DNA from: Rhodosorus marinus CCMP1338
Lineage: Eukaryota; Plantae; Rhodophyta
Direction of reading: 5' to 3'
Length of the DNA stretch: 64,000 bases
NCBI GenBank assembly: GCA_029953675.1
Contig: JAMWBK010000008.1
Span: forward strand, 1,426,001 to 1,490,000
Of this stretch, positions 24,150 through 33,805 are shown piece after piece. Made by a program: the position numbers and the translations under genes. Below the pieces are notes generated by a model, which was given only the letters and a program-made list of their open reading frames with translations, had not been told where the DNA came from and searched no databases. Each line of letters starts with the position of its first letter. Positions within the stretch are counted from its first letter, which is position 1.

Positions 24150-25340
24150 GACTTGTTTTGCCCCGCTGAATGTTTCTGTTTTCTGCTCCTCTACGCCAAG
24201 AAGCAGTTCAGGGTTACATATGTCTGTTACTTTGCACAAGGCCTTTGGTTCTGTGACGGATTGATCAACCGAACTTTGATTGAGAGAACATACGCAGACA
24301 GAATCATGTCGTCTACATTTACGATGAGATAAAACTGCATCGTCCTTTGTATGTTTTTGGAAGACGAATGAGAGACCAAGTAGTTTCTTGGTATCCCTGA
24401 ATTGTGAAGTCTACCTTGAGCGTTGTATGCAAGGCCTTAGGGGCTTGTTTCAGGCCGAACGAGCTCTTGTGTAAGGGACAGACTCCTGGAGATCTAGAAT
24501 CCGAATGGAGATGCGTTTATACTTCCTCATCAATGCCTTCCATTTAGGAATGCATTTTTTTTCTTGGCATCCGACTGCCTTCGCTTGAGGTGATACTGAC
24601 ATGTTATTATCAGTAGTGCTCGAACTATGGTGCAGTCCACAGGTGAAAAGGTATCAAGATCATCATCTTGATGCTTGCCAATAGCCACTAGCGAGCTTTA
24701 CTTGTCAATAGTCCGATCAAATCGTCGTTTGATCCTTAATACCAAGCGAGATGGTGGGACGTTTATGCCTCTGGGCCGTGGAACTAGCTCCCAGGTGGTT
24801 GCATCTTCCAGCGCCATTAGTCCTTCACCAATCGCCCCCATCCAGTTTGATGCATCATCCGACTGGAGAGCTTTGGACGGAGTGGGCGAGTCATCCATGA
24901 AACTTGTGGAGGTTAACCCTGCTCGTTAGATGACAGAGTTCACTTGCAGCCATAGGTCATTCAACTTCAGGATCAGTTCGGTACCATCGTCGTGTTTTTT
25001 GAGTGTCGGCAGACGCTGATGGACCTCCTCCTGAGCGAAGTGGTATTCTCGGTAGAGGTGTGCAGTGACCAGGATAGACGAAGGGCAGGTAAGTGGTGAG
25101 ACTTGTTTGTTTTTCGTCCTCTTTCTTTCGTTGCTCCCATCGGTTGGGTAGGGCTAGGTTTTGGTGAATATGACGAATACTGACGATGCTTAGATAGACA
25201 CTGACGATGTTGGTGCTTACGCTCCATCCTCCCCAGCAAACATCAACTGAACTGATGAAGAGCATGTTCTTGAGGAACAAACACCAGCGACCATCACGCT
25301 GAATGGAAATTTGCAAAACCGATTTTCTTCTCCCGGGCTC
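24150..25340 (-). mobile_element. Decayed Ty1/copia retrotransposon pol fragment (integrase C-terminus and reverse transcriptase)
   Basis: Collinear copia RT motifs broken by stops and frameshifts: PTPSKAL...W..A....ALED..TWELVPRP (about 24790), LRIKR..D.TIDK, DTFSPV, AFLNG (about 24545), IDEEV, GLKQAPKA (about 24445), YLIVNVDDMIL (YVDD-like, 24308-24319) and KVTDICNPELLLGVE. No LTRs found. Confidence 0.88.
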
Positions 25341-25475
25341 CTTGCAGCTGCTAGTTAGTGGCACTCCAAAATCCTCTGCAGCTTCTGAACATCATTAGTT
25401 TTGGCCTCTCATCATTCTATCAACGTCTGCAGAATCATCAGGGCAACAGCGGCAGCACTACAAAACAAAAACGAA

Positions 25476-25549
25476 TACCATTGCCGAGGCTCGAACTCGG
25501 GACCTCTAGCATGTGAGGCTAGCGCTCTAACCAACTGAGCTACAACGGC
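25476..25549 (-). tRNA. tRNA-Val(CAC)
   Basis: GCCGTTGTAGCTCAGTTGGTTAGAGCGCTAGCCTCACATGCTAGAGGTCCCGAGTTCGAGCCTCGGCAATGGTA. Acceptor stem GCCGTTG/CAATGGT, anticodon stem CTAGC/GCTAG around loop CTCACAT, T-arm CCGAG-TTCGAGC-CTCGG, followed by T-tracts. Confidence 0.96.
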
Positions 25550-26448
25550 ACTATCATATACTGAAATAAATGGTAAAAATATATACAATTCTTCATCGAA
25601 ACAAATGGTAATAATATACACAATTCTTCATCAAGGCCTGTTGGCTTCTCATTCACCCCTTTGCCTTGGGCGAAAAGAACTTGTGAAAGGTTGTAAGTTA
25701 TATTTTAATATTTTTATTTTGAATTGGAGGTTGTTCGTCAAGGGGTTAAGGAACAGATTAGTTTGGGAGTTGCGGTTCGGCGAAATTGTTGACCTCGGAA
25801 GGGATTTGTGCTTGAGCGTGCTGATGGAGCTTGTTCGAAGGGATAGGGTAAAAATCCCATCCCTACCTGTTGAAAGTACTTAACTAAGTTCGTCAGATCA
25901 CTTGCTGCAAGCCCTAGAGAACACGTTTGTCCTAGAGAGCGCTGAGGTGGTGTCGAGAAGAGTGGAAAAGACGAACTGATAGAGACGTACATCTGGTGTC
26001 CTCTTACCAACCGCTTTGTCCTACTGGATCGAGTTACCGACTTACACCGATTGTAGAACGTGAAGGAAACGGGGTTAAACCGGACAGCAGAAAACGTACA
26101 TGGTTCCATCATGGTATAAAGACTTAATATTATTAGTTCTCATATTCGAATAGTTTGTTTCATAGTCCAGTCAGTACTGGGAAACAAACGACGGCGACAG
26201 AGAATAATGCCTACATAGCTTCGTCAATCCGCTAAACTCCAAACTTGGAACTCGAGCTCGCGAGTGCAATCCCCAGGAACTTTTTCCGTACTAAACGTAA
26301 GTGTCTATGCTCAAGACCTTTTCCTTTGGGCGCTTTGAGTGTGCGTACAAACAGAGCCAAAAACCGATCCCATGCATACGGCTCCAGAACTTGCTGAAAC
26401 TGGGTATTCAGAGGGAAAAATCTGGACCCCAACGGCACACAATTCGGC

Positions 26449-26526
26449 GTTAAACCTCGCCCAAAGGCGTCCCGACATTTTCCACTTCTTTGGAAAATGT
26501 CGGGACGCCTTTGGGCGAGGTTTAAC
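26449..26526. repeat. Perfect 36-bp inverted repeat with a 6-nt loop (hairpin)
   Basis: gttaaacctcgcccaaaggcgtcccgacattttcca (26449-26484), loop cttctt, then the exact reverse complement at 26491-26526. Confidence 0.97.
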
Positions 26527-27943
26527 CCGACTATTCGGAGCTCAGTATCTCTTTCGAGTATAGCCCAGAAACCGGACCCATGGCGGCGATGTCGAGGGCG
26601 TCGTTACTTCTGTCAGAAGTGTGGTGGCTTTTCAGAAGAGTCAGCCACTAATCTGAAGAACAAAGCGTCAGATGAGTGGCTAACTCTTCAGCATAGTACA
26701 TAAGCTCTCACGATGAGAGCAAAACGCAAACCACTCAATATACACATCCATCCATTAGAGCCCCGCAGACAGAATTCAAGTAGCCAGAGAAACTAGACCC
26801 GCAGAAACTTGACAATCCACGCCCTGAAGAAATCCGTCTCACATTCACCTCCGTGCAAGAGCCGAGCAATCCTCAATAAATTCGTCATTCCCAACCATTG
26901 ACTCCTGTACCATGAAACTAACAGACTATTTTCCCCTTGAGGAAAGAAAACACCAATGTTTTTCTCTGTCCCATCAGGACTCACCAGTCATGTCCCAAGT
27001 TTGCTGCGTCAACAACGTCCTACGGGTAATATTGAACTATTTTCTCAAGAAAGCTGGTATATAATTTTGGTAAATTAACTTGTCTATTTCATAGTAATGT
27101 TAAATACCCCCCCTCATAGATCTGAACATTTATTCGACTGGATTAAGAAGAAACGTTTCAACGTACACAGAAAATGGGACGGGGGTTTTCGACTCCGTAG
27201 AAACTTTACGAATAAAGAAAACCCACGTGTCCTCTACCGGATTCTAGTTTTTGTTTTCCACAAGAAACGACTAGGGCCCTCTCACGTTTTAGAGGTTGAT
27301 TCTTACCCCCTAGAGAGCTCGGATTCGAGGTGAAAGAAATGTTTTATCACCCCTCAAGTTTCGCGAGCTACTATTCTGTAGGATGATACCTGAATTGCTC
27401 CAGAGAGGAGTTTCGGATTCACCAAAGGGGTAGGACAATTTCAGGGTTTTCGGAGAAAAAGAGGTCCACCCCCTCTTTGTTCAACATATAATTCTCAATC
27501 CCTTCGTTCTGCTCGGTTTTCTCTTTTCATATAAAATATATCGTAAAAAGTATAATATCTAGATACGTTCTGTGGAGAAAAAAGATCAGCAGGAGCAAAA
27601 GTTCTCCAAATTGAAGAGATCCGTATACTTTAATTTGAATTTACATTAAAATAGTTCGATTCACAAATAATTTTTTTTTATTGTTTAGATTGGTGTAGTA
27701 CAACATCTTGATGCGAGACTCTTCGGATTCAGGAAGCCCATAGTAGACGCTGAACTTGATGTGTATATTAACTCAGGTAGAATTGGGATTATTGAGTTTC
27801 GGGGTGGGTGGGTCGGAGGGAAGTCTGAAGTGAGAATGTGAAGGGAGCTATATATTAAACTATTGGAGTTGTGGGTCTAGGAGGGAGGAGGAGCGCAATT
27901 GTTGAGTGTTGGCTTTTTGGAGTTTTTTTTTTTGTTGGGAGAG

Positions 27944-30590
27944 ATGAGCTCTGATTCAGTGGATTCCGGGATTGAGATCGATGAGATCGTGTCGGCTTTC
28001 AAAACCTCGGTGGTTGTGAGGGACAGGAAGCATATGCTGAAGACGTATAAGAAGTGTTTCGTTGGTTCTGAGGCTGTTGATGTGCTGGTGAAGAAGGATA
28101 TCGTTTCCAACAGAAAAGATGCTGTTGCCGTTGGCCAGGTGATGCTTGCCGAGGGGATCTTTCACCATGTGCTGCGGGAACATCAGTTCGAGGATGCCAA
28201 GCTGTTCTACCAGTTTACTGAAGGGCATGGTGAAAAGGTGACCAAGGTACAGGTGAATTGTAATACCAAGCCTCTTTTGGGGGGGTTAGCTGTTGAAAGG
28301 TTTCTCGCTTAACGGAGCAAACCCTACTTTGTACTTGTACAGGACGGCTCAAAGGTCTCGTGGTCTGACTTTATCAGGCCAGGTATGTGATGCCCTCCTC
28401 CTCTACTTACCTATTGGCGTGCATCGAGAACTGAAGGTCGATTGTTCATTGGCTACTGTTCTTCAGTTACCAAGGAGACGGACGACTCACTGCAACCAGC
28501 AATGCCTGCTTCCGCGGCCACGCCAGAAATCGATTTCAATATTTCCGAACAGCTTGCCCCTCTAGACGAGCACAACCTGCGATTGCTTGACAGTGTACAC
28601 CCTTCGGCATGGCAAGATCCGAAGGCCAAACCGAAATACCATATGGTAGTTATCGGTAGGCGATAGCATAACTTGGCTGGGACCTAAAGTCGCTATATGG
28701 ACCGCACAACTCATGAGTACTTGTTGCCTGCAGGTGCTGGAACTGGAGGACTCGTCACGGCGGCCGGCTCTGCCGGTGTTGGAGCTCGTGTGGCAATGAT
28801 TGAGAAGAATCTCCTCGGCGGCGACTGCCTCAACTACGGATGCGTTCCGTCCAAGGCTCTGATCTCTGCTGCCAAGGCTTATTATGCTGTAACAAACCAA
28901 AAGGGTCTGACCGAGATGGGCATTACCGTTGAGGGAGCGACGATTGACTTTGGGAAGGTGATGGAGCGGTTGAGAAGACTTCGTGCAGGTAGGAGAAAGG
29001 TCTACACTCAACTTCTTCGTTAGCTACACTCGGGAGTCATGTTCTGAGGAGCTTGTATTCGTTGGACAATGTAGATATCGCGCACAACGATTCCGCTGAG
29101 AGATTCGCGTCGAAGCTTGGTGTTGACGTGTACCTCGGTCACGCCAAATTCTTGGACAAGAATACTGTGGAGGTGAACGGTCAGAAGCTGACGTTTGCAA
29201 GGTGCACAATTGCAACCGGTGGTTCACCTCGTCTTCCGGACGTGTCCGGTATTAAGGAATTGTTCGAAGCGTACCACAAAAAAGAGGAGGGTGCTCCTGC
29301 CATTGTGACGAACGAGAGCATTTTTAACTTGACGGAGCTACCGCCGAGGTTTGCGGCTATTGGGAACGGTGAGGTTGTCAGAAAACTATTGATTCCAGTA
29401 AGCTTTTAGCCACTGACAACTAGCTTAAATGGGTTCACGTTGTAGGCGCTATCGGTCTCGAGATTGCGCAGTCGATGACGAGGTTTGGCTCCGAAACCAC
29501 AGTGTTTGGTCGCGGCGGAAGAATCATGGGCAAGGAAGACGCGGATATTGCAAAGATACTCCAGGACCAGATGTCATCGGAAGGGACGAATTTTGAGCTG
29601 GGCGTGGAGAAGTACGTTTCTCTGAAGAAGACTGGTCGAACGAACGGGTCCTACCCCGAAATGGAGATGCAGGTATTACTTAAGGGAGGCGAGAGCAAGA
29701 CGTTCTTGTTCGACGCCCTGCTGGTCGCCGCCGGACGAACTCCGAACGTTGGTAGCCTTGATCTTGAAAAAGCGGCAGTCAAATACGATAAGAAAGAGTA
29801 GGTTGCGTTCTGTCCCTCCAGAACTCGCGAGGACGTTGTGAGGCTTTCGCACTTGCTCACTGGTACCGTATCGTTCGTTCGCGTGCATAAACAGGGGAGT
29901 CATTGTGAATGATAGGCTGGAGACCTCATCAAAAGGGATTTTCGCCGTGGGCGACTGCTGCACAGCATACAAGTTCACTCACGTAGCAGACTTCATGGCT
30001 AGAATCGTAATCCGAAACTCGCTCTTCTTCGGCAAGGACAAGTTCTCGAAGCTTATTATTCCCTGGTGCACTTACACGGAGCCGGAGGTGGCCCACGTTG
30101 GCCTGTACGAGCAGGACATCGCAAAGAAAGGCCAAGTCGTTACTGTTCAAAAGGACTTTGCGGACAACGACAGGGCGATCCTGGAGGGAGAAACTGAGGG
30201 TTTCGTTCGGATTCACACACTGAAGGGGTCTGACAAGATCCTCGGTGCGTCCATTGTTGGAGCTAACGCCGGAAATTTGATCAGGTACGGTGCAATATCT
30301 CTGCTGCCCGTTGGGCTCAAATAGCGATGGCTGTCCGCACAATGCGGGCACGTGCACCCAGCTACCAAGAGCCCTTTTCTAAAAGTACCGCCGTTGTTCC
30401 TTCTATGATTTCCAGTGAGCTGACCCTTGCCATGAACGCTGACTACGGCCTTGGATCAATAGCAAGCGTAATTCACCCCTACCCAACGCAAGCAGAGGCA
30501 ATTCGGGCGGCTGGAGATCTGTTGAACAAGAATCGCCTCACACCGACCGTCCGTGCCGTGCTTAGACAGGTTCTCAAATTCCAAAACTGA
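27944..30590 (+). CDS. DEP domain fused to a MerA-like pyridine nucleotide-disulfide oxidoreductase, copy 1
   Basis: Eight exons (27944-28246, 28343-28382, 28467-28655, 28734-28988, 29075-29368, 29446-29797, 29895-30284, 30416-30590) give 665 aa. DEP: KCFVGSEAVDVL...GQVMLAEGIFHHVLREHQFEDAKLFYQF. FAD site VVIGAGTGG, redox disulfide GGDCLNYGCVPSK, NAD(P)H site IGNGAIGLE, GRTPN, IFAVGDC and C-terminal IHPYPTQAE. Confidence 0.9.
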
Positions 30591-31173
30591 CTTGACTGAA
30601 AAATTGCAGCATAGAGAGAAAATTAAGTACTATTTTTTTGAAGAACCGCAGCCTGATTTCATACCGGATGGGAATCGCAAGGCCCATGTCTCCAACCCAA
30701 GTTCGATGACTGGGAGTAGAAGCACTTAGGAAAGGTCATCTTCCCCACAGCATGTTTCCAGAATTTATGAGTCCGAGGCAAGCTGGTACTTGTGTTCACA
30801 CTTTGAAAAGCTTGTAACAAATTACCTGTCTTGAAAGCGACTGGGCGGAGCGGCGTAGGAAACATGCCACAAATTAGTGATGTTGTACAGCTCCAGTGGA
30901 AGAGTGGTCACTCGCCTATGTGGCTGCTTGTACTACTTCGGTATCCTGTCAGCAGAGAGCAAGCTTTCTCCTAAAAGAACTTTCGTTTATATCGAGAGGA
31001 ACCCCTTCATCGGTAGTGGCTCGATGGTCCTTATCATGCAACGAGTACAGTACAGGCTCGAGAGAGGTCGATACCTTGTCGAGCAAGACGATGTCCAACT
31101 TTTTCGTCCAGGATATAAGTCATAATAATGTTGAAACTGAACATGAGGAGCAGGGTCGGTGAACGTCTCCGCT

Positions 31174-31856
31174 CTAGGATGCGTATTTACCATTGATCTT
31201 GCCTACGAGTGTCATATCCTCCGAAACAACCAGCTAGCAGGGGGGGGACGGGGGTCAGTCGTTGAAAACAGGCGTTGGAAAGCAGACGTTTGATAGCTTA
31301 CCATGAGCCTCTCAATGTTTGGGTGCTTTCCTGGGTTTTCCTTGGCATCATCCCACATTTCTGCATAGAGCTCTAGTCCCTACGGGCGGAGTTATGAGAA
31401 AGACACCAGCTTCAGTTTGTCGACTAGTGGTGTCATAAAGCGCAAGGCAAAAAAAACGAACCTCCTGTGCGGCTCGCTTATCGATTATCTTAAACTTCTG
31501 GAAAAGTGCATTATACACCGCAATAGAGCCTCTCTGTCCAGAAACATTCCTAATGACTGCATCCAATTCCCCTCTCCTCACAGCGCGGCGTCCAACTGCC
31601 AGAAGCTCAATCTTCTCTACATCTAAGCTTGCCGGGAAAGATTGAAAGCATCAATCCAGTAAGAACCAAAAGCACAAACGTTCAACGGAAGGCTTCAAAG
31701 TGCCTTGATACTAAAAGCAAAAACAAAAAGCTCACCATCAGAGTCAGGTAGACGATCCAAGTTCGTTCGAAACCGTCGATCCGGTAGGTCGACCCCCATC
31801 CTAGTACAACTTCTCAATCTCTTTGCGTATACGCTACTGGCGCAGACGAATGCCAT
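31174..31856 (-). CDS. DUF2322-like protein with a probable plastid transit peptide
   Basis: Four exons (31856-31736, 31622-31462, 31379-31302, 31233-31174) total 420 nt, 139 aa: MAFVCASS...FRTNLDRLPDSDDVEKIELL...IRNVSGQRGSIAVYNALFQKFKIIDKRAAQEGLELYAEMWDDAKENPGKHPNIERLMLVVSEDMTLVGKINGKYAS. The AAQEGLELYAE...NPGKHPNI.RL signature is recalled as DUF2322. Confidence 0.8.
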
Positions 31857-32589
31857 TCCATAAATGCAACAAAAACGGACCAAGAAGATTTCAATATTCA
31901 ATCCAGCCGAACAAAATTTTGCATCAAAGACGTCCAGAGTAGCTTGGATCCTGCCCTTCTTACCAAGTCTATCGACCGCGCGCCGACCGGCCTCATCGCG
32001 TAAGCTGACTTGTTTACATATCAGTTTCATTCGTTGACGACGGGAAGCGATTTGACAGACTCGCATGCTACGCTTCAGTCCATTTCTATGGATAACTTCT
32101 CGTCTAGATCTTGTTTGAGAGGATGTATTGAGCTTTTCTCAGCAGTTTACTTTTAACTCTTCCTATCCTCATCGCCCAAAGCCGGCTACGGAGATCTGCG
32201 TGCTTACTGGTCTGGTCACCTGGCGCATGATGAAGAAGAAGTATTTGAACAACCCGGATCAACATCTGTTCCTATCGTTGAATACTCTAGCTTTTGTGTG
32301 AACGAGTGAGCCAGGTTCTTCTCAACCGCGTTCGCCCAAAAACCTCTGTCCGGATCGGTGAGCTTTCTCGTTGTGTTGAACTTTGCAAGTTGCAAGTTCG
32401 GAAACATCTCAACCGACTCAAGTACGACGCAACCAGTCCGTTTCTATACTTGGCTGCTCGTCTAGAATTTGGCATGAACATATGAACCAGGCACTTTTCA
32501 GTCGTAGACGCTTAACCTTTCCAGTGCTCATCGCCGAAAACCAGAGCCAACATCAAGGGATCGTGTTGAAAGTCTCCAAAGACGCGAGG

Positions 32590-32930
32590 TTCGCGTGGAT
32601 GTGGCGAGACTGGTTGCCAAAATGAAAACCTCTTACTGAAAGCAACCAGTAATTCAGCTCGATCCCCTCCTCGTTGGAGAAAAGTGACGTCACATACGGA
32701 AAAGCTGGAAAATGGAACAGACCTTTCCTGGTTGAGGAGGTGGACGAGAGAACCAGTGTGGCGCGGCTGGTCGTCGAATGGAAACCTCTCACTGAATGCA
32801 AATGTCTAACCAGTAATTCAACTCGATCCCCTCCTTGCTGGAGAAGAGTATATGAATCCTTTGAGGTACGTCCCAACGGAAAAAGTTGGGACAATGCAAT
32901 GGACCTTCTGGTTGAGAAGGTGAGGCATGG
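32590..32930. repeat. Degenerate tandem duplication (period about 160 bp)
   Basis: tgtggcg.g.ctggt...aaacctct.actgaa...aaccagtaattca.ctcgatcccc...tggaga occurs twice, with aaacctct at about 32625 and 32783. Confidence 0.75.
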
Positions 32931-33119
32931 ATACTACTCTCTCGTTCCTCATTACTTGATCCATTTGCTCTTGTCCTATCCTAAGGAAACTGACCGCAGC
33001 TCAGCTGTCTCCATCGTTAGAAAGACCTAGTGAAAGAGAAGTCCGGGAAAGGTAGTGAGTAGAAGAGCCCTCGTTCATGAGTTGGGACAGTTCGTGGCTG
33101 ACAACTCAACTGAGAGGTA

Positions 33120-33660
33120 AAGCGGATGAGATATCTCTTCTTGTTAAGAGGCTTCTTAGGCGACTACTGGGCAGCGAGTGGAGAGGGAGATAGAGAGAGC
33201 AAGGACTGGTCTGGTGATCGATTGTGAGACTTCTTTGGTGACTGATGAGCAGCGAGTGGAGAGGGAGATCTCTTCTGGCTAGAGAGAGAGAACAAGGACT
33301 GATCGATCTGGTGATCGATTTCCTTATCATTAGATCGATTGTGGGGCTACTTGGGTGACTGATGAGCAGCGAGTGGAGAGGGATATCTCTTCTGGTTAGA
33401 GAGAGAGAGAGCGAGGACTGATCTGGTGATCGATTTCATTATCATTAGATCGATTGTGGAGGCTACTTGAGTGGCTGATGAGCACCGAGTTTAGAGGGAG
33501 ATATCTTCTGATTAGAGAGAGAGAGCGCGAGGACTGATCTGGTGATCGACTGTGAGGCTTCTTGGGTGACTGCAAAGCAGCGAGTGGAGAGGGAGATATC
33601 TTCTGGTTGGAGAGGTCAAGCAGACTTGATCGACCTCACTATCTCTAGATCGATTGTGCG
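33120..33660. repeat. GA-rich satellite-like array of about 5 units (77-116 bp) upstream of reductase copy 2
   Basis: gcagcgagtggagaggga(g)at...agagagagag...aggactg(atc)tggtgatcga recurs near 33171, 33249, 33366, 33482 and 33578. Confidence 0.9.
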
Positions 33661-33805
33661 GATTCTCGCGGGGGTGGAGGGGGGATGGTGACATTGTCTT
33701 GGTTCTTAAGAGAGGTTTGAGGAGGATCTGGTTGAAATGGGATTTGTTGGAGGTGTATTTGGGATTGGGAACAGGACTGACAGGAGAAGAAGAGTTTGTC
33801 CTGGT

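Noticed and set aside
25738-26112. Minus-strand ORF resembling a transit-peptide-bearing gene
   Set aside because: Several splice solutions are possible, and none gives a recognisable protein.
28562-30357. Long minus-strand ORFs (28562-29011, 29929-30357) and similar shadows over RPB2, LacZ and Elongin A
   Set aside because: They are antisense to well-supported coding exons.
32294-32485. HTH-like wording (IGELSRCVELCKLQVRKHLNRL)
   Set aside because: A short ORF without an ATG or supporting context, so the resemblance is likely coincidental.
33120-33660. CRISPR array or repeat-protein CDS (ORF 33512-34111, minus strand)
   Set aside because: The units are degenerate and variable with no spacer structure. 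The ORF is the antisense shadow of the DEP exon plus repeat sequence.
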